Part shown: piece after piece, positions 18,709 to 28,269 of the stretch | Layout: each line of letters begins with the position of its first letter | Numbering within the stretch: position 1 is the stretch's first letter | DNA from: a virus | Reading direction: 5' to 3' (one strand) | Length of the DNA: 64,000 nucleotides | Virus record (IMG/VR): IMGVR_UViG_3300031991_000033 | The notes under the pieces: generated by a model | What the model was told of the DNA's origin: nothing | Databases searched by the model: none | Seen by the model: only the letters and a program-made list of their open reading frames with translations | Made by a program: the position numbers and the translations under genes

Positions 18709-20634
18709 CTAGTTGATCAAGCTGTTGACTTGGTTTGTGATGTGTTCTTTACGCAGTGGGACATTACTGCCCATGAGAACAGATACCATCCGTTCCGCTT
18801 CAACGGCGTCGTCAATGCTGAGCCTGATCAAGTGCCTTCGTTCAGGTTCCATTGTGGTTTCTGCGAGTTGCTCGGCATCCATTTCACCGAGACCTTTGAA
18901 TCGCACAACCTTGCCTTTGCCGTCACCGACAATACCTTTGAGTTCGGTATCGCTGAAACAGTAGGTCCGTTTCTTGCCAACCTCGTGGCAGAACAACGGT
19001 GGTTGTGCTAAGTACAGAAACCCACCAGTAACCAGCGGTTTCATGTAACGATAGAAGAAAGTCAACAGCAAAGTTGAGATGTGGTGACCGTCATCGTCGG
19101 CGTCGGACATGATGATGATCTTGTGGTAACGAAGTTTTTCAATGTCAAACTCGTCACGGATACCGGTTCCGATAGCCATGATGAGAGACTGAATTTCCTT
19201 GTTCTTCAAGATCGTAACGATGTCACGTTTCTCGGCGTTGATGATCTTACCACGAATCGGCAAGATGGCTTGCGTTTCTGGGTTGCGACCGTCCTTTGCA
19301 GAACCAGCCGCTGAATCACCTTCCACGATGAACAACTCAGAGTTCTCTCGTTTGTTGGTGTTACAGTCGAACAACTTGCCGGGCATACGATTGGTTCGAC
19401 CCAACAAGCCTTTACGCTTGATGAGATCGGACTGCTTCTTTGCCGCACTACGAGCCGCCGCTGCAACTTTTGCACGATGAACGATTTCTTTGAGTGTTCC
19501 AGCGTTCTTCTCAAAGTAGTTGGTGAGAATCGTGTAAGTGACGTTCTCAACAACAGATTTTGCTTCAGTGCTTCCCAGCTTGGACTTCGTTTGTCCGGTG
19601 AATTCAGGACGAGGGAACCGAATGCTGATGATTGAAGTAAGACCTTCCAGAGTGTCACGTCCACTCAGGTTCTCTTCATTGTCTTTGAGCAAACCGTTGT
19701 TGCGTGCCATCGTGTTGACAGCACGAGTCAACGCCCCCTTGAATCCAGAAATGTGTGTGCCGCCGTCAGCCTGAAAGATGTTGTTGGTGAAACCCAGCAG
19801 GATTTCATCATCATCTTCTTTGGAATATGCAAGGGAGATTTGAACAACACAGTTGCCTTCACGGGATTTGAGTTTTGCAGTATCTTCGCCGTGGATTGGC
19901 TCAACAGGATAGCATTCCTTGCCAGCCATCATGTGTTTCAGATAGTCGTTCAGACCACCGTTGTATTGCCAATCTTCTTCCACGCCGGTTGATTTGTTTT
20001 GATAGGTGACTTTGAGTCCGGTGTTGAGGAATGCGATTTCTTGCAGGCGGTGAATCAACATCTTGTCGTTGAGTTCCACATCGGCTTTGAAGATTTCGGT
20101 GTCAGCGATCCAAGTGATCTTGGTTCCTAGCTTCTCACCTTTCTTCAAGGCACGTTCTTTGCGTACCTTGTGTTGAGGTACGCCACGGACATACTCTTGA
20201 ATCCAAACGTGTCCGTTTCGCTTGATTTCCGCAATCAGTTTGCTAGACAATGCGTTGACGCATGATAGACCAACGCCGTGTAAACCGCCAGATGCGGTGT
20301 AAGCACCAGACTGGAACTTACCACCAGCGTGAAGAACCGTTAGTACAAGTTCAAGGGCTGATTTCTTTTCGGTTGGGTGTTTTGCAACGGGAATACCTCG
20401 ACCGTTGTCTTGTACCGAGATGGTTTTACCATCTTTGTCAATAACGATATTGATTTCATCGCAATGACCAGCCATTGCTTCGTCAACAGAGTTGTCAACG
20501 ACTTCCCAAACAAGGTGGTGTAGACCTTTCTTGTCAGAATCGCCGACATACATACCGACGTTTTGTCGTACAGATTCCAGACCTTTGAGGACTGAGATTT
20601 GTGCGGCATCATAACTTGTATCTTGTTTTGCCAC
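18709..20634 (-). CDS. gyrB: DNA gyrase subunit B
   Basis: EVVDNSVDE, DNGRGIP, LHAGGKF, GGLHGVG, VEGDSA, PIRGKIIN, DADDDG and RFKGLGEM; GTG start. Confidence 0.95.
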   Translation of the reverse strand: MAKQDTSYDAAQISVLKGLESVRQNVGMYVGDSDKKGLHHLVWEVVDNSVDEAMAGHCDEINIVIDKDGKTISVQDNGRGIPVAKHPTEKKSALELVLTVLHAGGKFQSGAYTASGGLHGVGLSCVNALSSKLIAEIKRNGHVWIQEYVRGVPQHKVRKERALKKGEKLGTKITWIADTEIFKADVELNDKMLIHRLQEIAFLNTGLKVTYQNKSTGVEEDWQYNGGLNDYLKHMMAGKECYPVEPIHGEDTAKLKSREGNCVVQISLAYSKEDDDEILLGFTNNIFQADGGTHISGFKGALTRAVNTMARNNGLLKDNEENLSGRDTLEGLTSIISIRFPRPEFTGQTKSKLGSTEAKSVVENVTYTILTNYFEKNAGTLKEIVHRAKVAAAARSAAKKQSDLIKRKGLLGRTNRMPGKLFDCNTNKRENSELFIVEGDSAAGSAKDGRNPETQAILPIRGKIINAEKRDIVTILKNKEIQSLIMAIGTGIRDEFDIEKLRYHKIIIMSDADDDGHHISTLLLTFFYRYMKPLVTGGFLYLAQPPLFCHEVGKKRTYCFSDTELKGIVGDGKGKVVRFKGLGEMDAEQLAETTMEPERRHLIRLSIDDAVEAERMVSVLMGSNVPLRKEHITNQVNSLIN

Positions 20635-20751
20635 GCTTTTCTCCCGTTGTTTGCAGACTTTGGACGATTCGATTCGAATTATACGAACATTATCGGAAAT
20701 GACAACCTAGGGCTTTAGCAAAGAATGGTCCCAAACTGGCTAAATACCTGC

Positions 20752-21618
20752 ATGGAAACGTTCTCAAAATGGCTTATGTCCGAAATGCCGATCAACAAGT
20801 TTCAACTTGCTGGCGATTGGGGTCCGAAAGCTCCGAAGCGAGGTTGGGACAAACCGTCGATTGGCATTCTAACAAATCCCAAGGGCGTACAGAAGATCAA
20901 GAATATGTGGGCGAACACCGACATCGACTTTGACATGTACTTTGTCCGCCAAGCAGGGGCAATGCAACATTTGGAAGTTGGAGAAGTGGACCCTGCTTGG
21001 GTTCAAGAGAATTTGGGGATGGAATTAGAGCCGAACCCGGCTGGGATTACAATCCTCTTTACGCAAAATCGTGGAGATGAAAAAGTCCCAATGACTGGTT
21101 GGACAATTGGACACCGATTGGGTCATGCCTTGAGTCGTCGTAGTCGAGGAGGTATAACAGGGAAGTTCTTCGAAGAAATGACCAATATGCTCCGAAAAGA
21201 GCTTTCCGAACTTTTCGAAATGGCTTACGGCTCTCCTATTAAAACGTTGCAGCCTTGGATGCGAAGCGATCAAGATATCCAACAAATTGCGAAGAGTGAA
21301 CAAAAGTTGAAATACATCGCCCAAGCTTTGGGTTCTATGAAGTCAGCAAGAGAAGGTAATCTGAGAAATTACGGTGAGTTCGCTTTCGAGTTGTTTGGAC
21401 AATACGTTTTACAAGGTGCGGTTAAATTTCGAATGCCGCCTGCCCAACTAGGAAAACGCTCACATTGGGGCAATGTGTCGTATCAATATCACAATCGGAT
21501 GAAGAGAGACTTTGAACAAGTCGAAATTCAACACAAACTCGAAGTGATGGAAGATATAATCAATCAAGAGTGTGAGCGAATTTTACACTCTGCTGTTGGC
21601 AAGATTTTTGTGATGTAA
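20752..21618 (+). CDS. hypothetical protein with capsid-targeting-like N-terminus
   Basis: METFSKWLMSE; TAAATA 5 nt upstream of ATG; HRLGH motif. Confidence 0.7.
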   Translation: METFSKWLMSEMPINKFQLAGDWGPKAPKRGWDKPSIGILTNPKGVQKIKNMWANTDIDFDMYFVRQAGAMQHLEVGEVDPAWVQENLGMELEPNPAGITILFTQNRGDEKVPMTGWTIGHRLGHALSRRSRGGITGKFFEEMTNMLRKELSELFEMAYGSPIKTLQPWMRSDQDIQQIAKSEQKLKYIAQALGSMKSAREGNLRNYGEFAFELFGQYVLQGAVKFRMPPAQLGKRSHWGNVSYQYHNRMKRDFEQVEIQHKLEVMEDIINQECERILHSAVGKIFVM

Positions 21619-21621
21619 CCT

Positions 21622-22041
21622 ATGCAAGATTTTCACGAGTGGTTGACGACCGAAGCAAAAACAAATGACATCGTTTTCTCGTCCTTTTGGAAGTACGAAG
21701 GATTCGGAGAAGGTGGCGTCATTGTCTACATTCGTGGGAAAAAATACGAATACACGATGGATGCCTTGTATATTGACAAGTTGGAAAGGTGGTCGAAGTT
21801 TGCTCCGGGTAAGGTCTTGAACCGAATCAAAGACATGGTTAGAACCGGTCATGCCAAGCAAGTTGAACCGCCGCCAGTCCAAAAAACACAAAAGTTGCAA
21901 CAGAAGACAGTGAGACAACCAAACGGACCAGTACGAGACCCGAATTCCTGTCCGAATTGTGGTACACCGCCACCACACTACATTCTGGGTATAGAATGTC
22001 CCGGTTGTGGCTTAAATACCTCTGAGCATGAGGAGAATTGA
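21622..22041 (+). CDS. Zn-ribbon protein with capsid-targeting-like N-terminus
   Basis: MQDFHEWLTTE; CPNC...CPGC. Confidence 0.7.
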   Translation: MQDFHEWLTTEAKTNDIVFSSFWKYEGFGEGGVIVYIRGKKYEYTMDALYIDKLERWSKFAPGKVLNRIKDMVRTGHAKQVEPPPVQKTQKLQQKTVRQPNGPVRDPNSCPNCGTPPPHYILGIECPGCGLNTSEHEEN

Positions 22042-22044
22042 GAT

Positions 22045-24633
22045 ATGGACTTTAAGGACTGGTTTGAGTCAGAAGAAAGCGAATTCGTAGAGAACCAACA
22101 GGCACCGCTGTGCCCAAAGTGCAACTCGCCTATGAAGTTGCGTACAGCTAAGCAGGGTCGAACGGCTGGTAGCCAATTCTATGGATGTTCCAATTACCCA
22201 AGATGTAATGGAAACAGAGGTTATAACCCAAACATGGGTCAATCCCCAGAACCGCAAGAACAACCAAATTCTAGCCCACAACCTGCTGCCGCCAATGTTC
22301 AAAAACCCGCCTCGCCTGCTGGTGGACGTAGTTGGATTTACGCCAAGGTCAGTAAGAAGGGTGACAAGCGTTTTCCAACATTTGGAAAAGAGATTGCTGC
22401 ATCAAAACGTCCAGATGGTAATTGGGACTACATGGTCCTCGATAACCCTCAAGATGTTGGTCTCATCTATGCTAATGAGATTGGCAGTGGGTTGATTCAG
22501 TCTCTTAAGAATATCAAAACAGACAAACCATTGATGACGCAGAACCCAAGCCTCGAAGACTTGGAACAACAGTTCGCCGCAATGGGTGGATCGCCTACAG
22601 ACCGTCAGCCCGATCAAGGAAGCGACAAAGGCGAACAACCACAAGCTGAAAGCAAGAAGTTGATTCCGCCGAATCAAATCAGTCAGGAGCAAAGCCAGAT
22701 TGATGAACGCTTTGCTCATATTGTGGGCGGCAAAGAACAACAGCACATCATGATCAACGCTCTTGCTGGAACCGGCAAGACAACGATGTTGAAGCATTTG
22801 GCTTGGAAATACGGCAAGCCGGGACAAAAATGGCTTTACATCGTTTTCAATACAAAGAATAAGGTCGAAGCCGCTGAAGAATTCCCTTCGTTTGTTGATG
22901 TAAGAACGAGCAACGGATTCTTGGGAGAAGTGCTTCAGAGTCCACAGAATGTGAATAACATCGGACGCACTGAGCGTATGGTAACGTTGCAGAACCAGCG
23001 TAGCGAATCTGATGGCGGCGGCGGAAGGCTTGAGAAGTCCCGTATGGTCGCTGATAGCCCTGAGTTCAGTGCCTTGATGCAAAAATTGGGATTGCCAGAG
23101 CAACTTCGTGATGCTTACGAATATGGCAAGATGTCTAAGACACTCAATAGTTTGTTGAAGAGCATTCGATACAACTTCAAAGAAGCTGTGTTGCAATTGG
23201 TCGGTCTCGGAAAATCCTTTGCTCTTGACCCAAGAAACCCAGAAGGTTTGGGGCAAGGCTTGAATAAGATTTTTGGTTCTTACGATATCGATACAGCAAT
23301 GATCGATACAAAAGAACGTATTGCGAAATACCAACCGAGCTACCGTGACTCTATCGAACACTATCTGCAAGAGATTCTTGGTTATGACTTCATGTCGAAA
23401 GACTACAAAGATGAAGTCATGCAGGCAACCATTTGGATGATGAATCAATTGATGCCAAATGCCACCAAGATGCGTCACGGTACAGGTCGTTTGGCGGTTG
23501 AACTCGCCGGTTTCCGTGATTTCGACGACGATCTCTGGTATGCAGCTACTTATGCTAACCAACTCAGATGGCCACATTATGACGTGGTTCTTGCCGACGA
23601 AGTTCAAGACTTCAACGAGAACCAGAAGATCATGTTGAACAAGCTGAGTGAAGCTGGTGCAAGAATTGTAGCCGTGGGCGATCCAAACCAGTCTATCTAC
23701 CGATTCCGTGGGGCTGATGGTGAAGCTTTCGGCAACTTGAGCAACATGCTTGGCAGCATATCACAAGGCGATGGACAGGTTGTTTACAACTTGACGAACA
23801 ACTTCCGTTCACGCCCGGAGATTCTCGATTTTGCCAACTCTGAAACCCATGTGAAGGGTTTGAAGTCTGGTCGTCAATTCAATGACGGCAAGAAGGGCGT
23901 TGTTACCAAGGGTGAAACCAAATACGATGATGTATTTGACAGTTTGGGTGCTGAGGTCGCACAAGCTGGCGGCAAGGTGCCGGTACAAACAGCCTTCATC
24001 TCTCGAACCAACGAGCCATTGGTTAAGACTGCGTTGCAACTTTTGGCTCAGAAGATTCCGTTCCTGATTGTGGGCAAGGACATTGCTAAGGAACTTATCA
24101 AACACATTCGTAAGATTTCGGCGATTAAGGGTCTTCGAGACAACGATCCTTCACGCACACTTGCTGCCGAGTTGTCTGGCTTCTTAGATGACGAAAAGAA
24201 TAGTCATCACGGCAAGAGTACCAAGAAAGCTTATCTACAAGAAACAGAAGAGACGACAAACGCTTTGTTGGCGTCGATTGAGTCTTACGAGTCTGAGAGT
24301 GGCGGCATGGGTGGCACGATTGTTGGATTCAAACAGTGGATTTCTGCACGTCTTGGCGGTCTTGAAGTTGAAGAAAACGAAAAAGACCTTCGCAAGTACA
24401 AGCAGATGATGAAGGATCAGAATCCAGTTGTTTTGACGACCGCTCACAAATCGAAGGGTCTTGAATTCAGTCGAGTGTATGTTCTTCGTTACGACAACTT
24501 CCCGCATCCAAAAGCAGAGCGTGAAGAAGACCTTCAACAGGAAGAAAATGCAAAATACGTTACTCTTACAAGAGCAAAGGACGAATTGCACATTCTTGCC
24601 CTCGATGGTCAGCCGGGATACGTAAAAAGGTAG
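22045..24633 (+). CDS. UvrD/REP-like SF1 helicase with N-terminal topoisomerase-I-type Zn ribbon
   Basis: CPKC..M.LR...FYGCSNYPRC; ALAGTGKT, DEVQD, VGDPNQSIYRFRGA, NFRS, TAHKSKGLEF and YVTLTRAK. Confidence 0.92.
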   Translation: MDFKDWFESEESEFVENQQAPLCPKCNSPMKLRTAKQGRTAGSQFYGCSNYPRCNGNRGYNPNMGQSPEPQEQPNSSPQPAAANVQKPASPAGGRSWIYAKVSKKGDKRFPTFGKEIAASKRPDGNWDYMVLDNPQDVGLIYANEIGSGLIQSLKNIKTDKPLMTQNPSLEDLEQQFAAMGGSPTDRQPDQGSDKGEQPQAESKKLIPPNQISQEQSQIDERFAHIVGGKEQQHIMINALAGTGKTTMLKHLAWKYGKPGQKWLYIVFNTKNKVEAAEEFPSFVDVRTSNGFLGEVLQSPQNVNNIGRTERMVTLQNQRSESDGGGGRLEKSRMVADSPEFSALMQKLGLPEQLRDAYEYGKMSKTLNSLLKSIRYNFKEAVLQLVGLGKSFALDPRNPEGLGQGLNKIFGSYDIDTAMIDTKERIAKYQPSYRDSIEHYLQEILGYDFMSKDYKDEVMQATIWMMNQLMPNATKMRHGTGRLAVELAGFRDFDDDLWYAATYANQLRWPHYDVVLADEVQDFNENQKIMLNKLSEAGARIVAVGDPNQSIYRFRGADGEAFGNLSNMLGSISQGDGQVVYNLTNNFRSRPEILDFANSETHVKGLKSGRQFNDGKKGVVTKGETKYDDVFDSLGAEVAQAGGKVPVQTAFISRTNEPLVKTALQLLAQKIPFLIVGKDIAKELIKHIRKISAIKGLRDNDPSRTLAAELSGFLDDEKNSHHGKSTKKAYLQETEETTNALLASIESYESESGGMGGTIVGFKQWISARLGGLEVEENEKDLRKYKQMMKDQNPVVLTTAHKSKGLEFSRVYVLRYDNFPHPKAEREEDLQQEENAKYVTLTRAKDELHILALDGQPGYVKR

Positions 24634-24707
24634 TTTTGAACCGAAAGGTTGACTTCTTTGTGTAATTCGTCATAATGCGAATAACTCTTACACAAAGGAA
24701 GTGTACC

Positions 24708-24989
24708 ATGCCGGAACTTTTTATTCCCGAAACTGAAACCGAAGAAGAAAGTAAGATCACTGTCAACTATGAGCCGACACAGGAAGATGAAGAGAAGTTC
24801 CTTCTCATGTATTTTCTGAACGTTCAGCCAAGTGAGGTTGATTTTGATCTGAAAGATGAAGAACGTCGTCGTTGGGTCATTGGTCGTTTCATGATGCAGA
24901 AGCAGATGGAACAGCAAGCAATGATGGAACGACGTGCCACGATGCAGTTGGCACAAGGTCTTGATCTAAGTAACCTCAAACAACGATAA
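24708..24989 (+). CDS. hypothetical protein (faint resemblance to tail/baseplate assembly chaperones)
   Basis: AAAGGAAG RBS; FLLMYFL...E......R.W.I pattern; followed by a terminator. Confidence 0.6.
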   Translation: MPELFIPETETEEESKITVNYEPTQEDEEKFLLMYFLNVQPSEVDFDLKDEERRRWVIGRFMMQKQMEQQAMMERRATMQLAQGLDLSNLKQR

Positions 24990-24993
24990 GCCC

Positions 24994-25032
24994 AAAAGGG
25001 TGCCTACACTTTGTATGTAGGCACCCTTTTTG
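24994..25032 (+). terminator. rho-independent terminator
   Basis: aaaagggtgcctaca-ctttgta-tgtaggcaccctttt. Confidence 0.88.
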
Positions 25033-25046
25033 TTTGGAGTGTTACA

Positions 25047-25436
25047 ATGATTGTATTATCTGATCGCCAAAGAATCATAGTACAAGCAATCTTCGACCGT
25101 ATCGATGAAACAAGAGATCGTGAAATTGCTGAGATCGAGGAACGTAACTATGTAAGACTGGTTGAGATCAACGAGACTTGTGCTCAACGATTGGCTGAGA
25201 TAGACGCCCAAAAAGAAATTAGGCGTAAGGAACACGAAGAAAAAATGACGGCAATTCGAGCTAGATACGATGCAGAGATTGCCGCTATTGAAGATGAACA
25301 TTTTAGACGTGTTGAAGAAATAGAACTCATGCATCGTCGGCGTTTGGATATGTTGCAAACAGCCTCATTCGGTGTCGATGAGGAAAATGCCACAAACGAG
25401 TTTGACCACATAAATTGGATCAAAGAAGGGTTCTGA
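25047..25436 (+). CDS. coiled-coil protein ending WIKEGF
   Basis: GGAG RBS; charged helical repeats; ends DHINWIKEGF*. Confidence 0.75.
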   Translation: MIVLSDRQRIIVQAIFDRIDETRDREIAEIEERNYVRLVEINETCAQRLAEIDAQKEIRRKEHEEKMTAIRARYDAEIAAIEDEHFRRVEEIELMHRRRLDMLQTASFGVDEENATNEFDHINWIKEGF

Positions 25437-25792
25437 TGTTAAGTTTGGAGCAGATCATCAAATCGATCTTCGCTCACGACCAAGCTGATCGAGATCGTGA
25501 CGCTCAGTCTCAGTATTTCTCGGCAGTTGATCGGAATCCCGGTCGAGCAGTTCATCGACATCATGTTGAAGCTCAAGCTGGCGGCATCACAAGACAATCT
25601 CTTAATGATGCTTTTCGCATCATCAATCAACGCAATTATGATTGGAACGCTCATCATAATGTTCCTATGAATTTTGATCGTGAAGCTCTTGATCAAATGT
25701 TCGCACAATACGCTGATACAATCGTCACCCCATCGCCTCCCGAACCAGAAGATTCCGCCGATGAGGTAAATTGGATCAAAGAAGGATTCTGA
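25436..25792 (+). CDS. hypothetical protein ending WIKEGF
   Basis: TGATG coupling; Pro/acidic linker then DEVNWIKEGF*. Confidence 0.75.
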   Translation: MLSLEQIIKSIFAHDQADRDRDAQSQYFSAVDRNPGRAVHRHHVEAQAGGITRQSLNDAFRIINQRNYDWNAHHNVPMNFDREALDQMFAQYADTIVTPSPPEPEDSADEVNWIKEGF

Positions 25793-25806
25793 TTCACAAT
25801 CTTTGC

Positions 25807-25837
25807 AAAAAGCCATCCATTTGGATGGCTTTTTTTG
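25807..25837 (+). terminator. rho-independent terminator
   Basis: aaaaagccatcc-attt-ggatggcttttttt. Confidence 0.85.
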
Positions 25838-25942
25838 TGCCCCAAACACTCTTTTGATTATGCAAGAAACAACTTTGGAAAAATTACATAAATGTGTAAG
25901 ATTTTCAAACTCTGGTGTATAGATACTTACAAGATTGGAGGA

Positions 25943-26407
25943 ATGATGTTCACATTAGAGAAAGCAAAACCGGTGGTTGATAAGGATATCATCAACGAAT
26001 GCAAGGAACTTCTCAAAGAGAAACCTCCACAGGACAAGGAGATGCACCTGAACATTGAGCAGGCTGCGTTTCTTCTTGGGGTATCAAAACAAACTCTTCG
26101 CAATTGGGAGGCGAATGGTAAATTAACGCCTGCCGCTCGAACTGATGGTGGTCATCGTCGTTATACGAAGAGTCAGATCGACGTGGTAAAAAAGGAGCAA
26201 TTAGGATGCTCCGAGTTTGTTATCCCCAAGGTAACGCCTGAAAGCATTCGTGAATTGATTGAAAGTTTGTTAGCGTCTTTTGATTCTTACAAACCAGTTA
26301 ACATCTCTGTTAGAGATCAACGCTCTTTAACAGGGAAGGTTGTAGTGTCAGTAGATTCTGCTGACGGGTTATCCAGTGTGAGTAAGTCATTCAATGCATG
26401 GAACTAG
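25943..26407 (+). CDS. MerR-type HTH DNA-binding protein
   Basis: IEQAAFLLGVSKQTLRNWEANGKL..ARTDGGHRRY; GGAGG RBS. Confidence 0.85.
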   Translation: MMFTLEKAKPVVDKDIINECKELLKEKPPQDKEMHLNIEQAAFLLGVSKQTLRNWEANGKLTPAARTDGGHRRYTKSQIDVVKKEQLGCSEFVIPKVTPESIRELIESLLASFDSYKPVNISVRDQRSLTGKVVVSVDSADGLSSVSKSFNAWN

Positions 26408-26415
26408 GAGGAAGC

Positions 26416-26721
26416 ATGAATGAAACTAGGAACAAAGTGTTATTTACCTTTCCGGTAGTGGTTGCAACGCACAGCCAAACACTTTGGCAGTCAATTGAAC
26501 CTTATGTGGATCATCTCGATTTTCCATGTGAGAAGTTCATCGTAAGTCTTAAATCAAGAGACGATGGCACCGCCACGTACAACGTAAGTTGTGTTGTTGA
26601 CTCTGAGGCGATACGGAACAGTGAGTTTAGGGATATTGCCAACTTCCTTGGCGTCCTTGCGAGCAGCGTCGAGTTGCTTCTGAGCTTCCTCAAGCTGATC
26701 GGACAGAGCCGAGATCGTTAG
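26416..26721 (+). CDS. hypothetical protein (3' end overlaps the convergent gene)
   Basis: AGGAGG RBS before MNETRNK. Confidence 0.55.
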   Translation: MNETRNKVLFTFPVVVATHSQTLWQSIEPYVDHLDFPCEKFIVSLKSRDDGTATYNVSCVVDSEAIRNSEFRDIANFLGVLASSVELLLSFLKLIGQSRDR

Positions 26722-27456
26722 GTTGAGAGACTCGACCTTAGCAGCATTCAAGTTGCGTTCGGCTGTCATGTCTTTTTCCAAAAGTTGTACTTGGAAATCG
26801 TAGTCTCTCTTCAACTTGTTTCCAAGCACGGCTTCAGCCTTGGCGACTTCTGACTTGAGAGTCTCGTCGTGCTTAGCAACCTTATCACGCAGTTCGTGAA
26901 GCTCATTTTCCTGAGCGACCAGTTCGGCTTCACGATCCGCCCAATCCTTTTGCAGTCTTTCACTGCGAAGGGTTTCATCACGCTTCAGACGGACAACCTC
27001 TGCGTCGAACTCTTCTTTCTTACGCTGTTGATCCATCTTTGTGCTGTATTCGTATTCTTCTTTCTCACGTTGCCAAACACGGTTGCGTTCAGCTTGTTCT
27101 TCGACCCACTGTTTGCGTCGTTCATCACGTGACTTGTTCCAGTCGAATTCTTCTTCGGCACGTTTGGTTTTTACATCTTCCAACGTAAGAGCTTCTTGTT
27201 CGATGTCGTGCAACTCAACAATTCGTTGTTCTTTCAATGCAATGGCTTCGTCAACCTGATGCATCTTTTCGATCTTGTCAGTGATGGCTGCACTGACGTT
27301 GGCAAGAGTGCTCTGTAGGGAGACTTGTAGAGCACCTACCTCGCCCACAATCGTTTCAGGAGAGAGTGCTTTGACTGCATCCAACACGGATTGTGTCTTC
27401 TTCGCTCTTGACCCTGATGGCGTCTTTGTGGTAACCTTTTTCGTCGCTGCTGGCAT
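26554..27456 (-). CDS. long coiled-coil protein
   Basis: AAAGGA RBS; E/K/R-rich heptads; W.REKEEYEY motif. Confidence 0.8.
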   Translation of the reverse strand: MPAATKKVTTKTPSGSRAKKTQSVLDAVKALSPETIVGEVGALQVSLQSTLANVSAAITDKIEKMHQVDEAIALKEQRIVELHDIEQEALTLEDVKTKRAEEEFDWNKSRDERRKQWVEEQAERNRVWQREKEEYEYSTKMDQQRKKEEFDAEVVRLKRDETLRSERLQKDWADREAELVAQENELHELRDKVAKHDETLKSEVAKAEAVLGNKLKRDYDFQVQLLEKDMTAERNLNAAKVESLNLTISALSDQLEEAQKQLDAARKDAKEVGNIPKLTVPYRLRVNNTTYVVRGGAIVS

Positions 27457-27550
27457 TTTTGTGTTCCTTTGTGTAAGGTTGTTTGATAAGTACATTTTCG
27501 CAAGAAAACGGAAAGACTTTAATCAAAACCCAAACTTTTGAAAGTATAAG

Positions 27551-27961
27551 ATGAAGCTCTATTTCGACGGCTCTTGTGGACCGAAAAATCCCGGTGGTTA
27601 CGCTTGCTGGGCATTCGTGATCATCAAGGACGGCAAAGAAATTGCCCGCAGAACCGGGATTGAATGCCAAGGTGAAGGAGCAACGAACAACGTGGCTGAG
27701 TACGCAGGTTTGAAACATGGTTTGCAGTACATGATCCAAGAAAACATCACGCAAGAAGTTGAAATTTTTGGCGATTCAAAACTTGTAATCAGCCAAGTTA
27801 ACGGTGAATGGAAATGCAAATCTGCTCATTTGAAACTCTGGTTAGAAATGATCCACGAGTTGCTGAATCAATTCAGTTTGTGGAGTGCGAATTGGGTTCC
27901 ACGCAATGAGAACTCGTTAGCAGACGGTCTTTCTAAATGGGAATCAGTTGTCAATGCGTGA
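27551..27961 (+). CDS. rnhA: ribonuclease HI
   Basis: YFDGS..NPG, TNNVAEY, GDSKLVI.Q..G.W and WVPR..N..AD. Confidence 0.92.
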   Translation: MKLYFDGSCGPKNPGGYACWAFVIIKDGKEIARRTGIECQGEGATNNVAEYAGLKHGLQYMIQENITQEVEIFGDSKLVISQVNGEWKCKSAHLKLWLEMIHELLNQFSLWSANWVPRNENSLADGLSKWESVVNA

Positions 27962-28268
27962 ATACAGTGCCCTCGACCGGATGAATATCCGCCGTGCAGT
28001 CATCCACACCAGAGATACAATCAAGAATATCATCCAAGACTGTATCGGCGACGGTGAACTTGAGGGCGTTGTCGAAGACATAGAAGAATATCTCCAATGT
28101 TCTGGTCACTACTTGAGCTATTGGAGCGACTACATCATGGATTATAACCCCGATGGGTATCTTACGATAAAACTCTTTTGGAAGGGCGATCATTGTGCTA
28201 CAATCACCTTCCGCAGCGTCACGGGCACATACGTCGAAGACGTTGATTGGGTAAAAGAAGGATTCTGA
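27954..28268 (+). CDS. protein resembling the tail-sheath C-terminal domain, ending WVKEGF
   Basis: SALDRMNIRR resembles the sheath motif SALDRINVRR; ends EDVDWVKEGF*. Confidence 0.7.
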   Translation: MREYSALDRMNIRRAVIHTRDTIKNIIQDCIGDGELEGVVEDIEEYLQCSGHYLSYWSDYIMDYNPDGYLTIKLFWKGDHCATITFRSVTGTYVEDVDWVKEGF

Positions 28269-28269
28269 A

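Noticed and set aside
22402-23607. 401-aa minus-strand ORF
   Set aside because: It is an antisense shadow of the helicase gene.
25943-26407. IS607-type transposase/resolvase
   Set aside because: Only the MerR-like HTH is present; I see no serine-recombinase catalytic domain and no tnpB.
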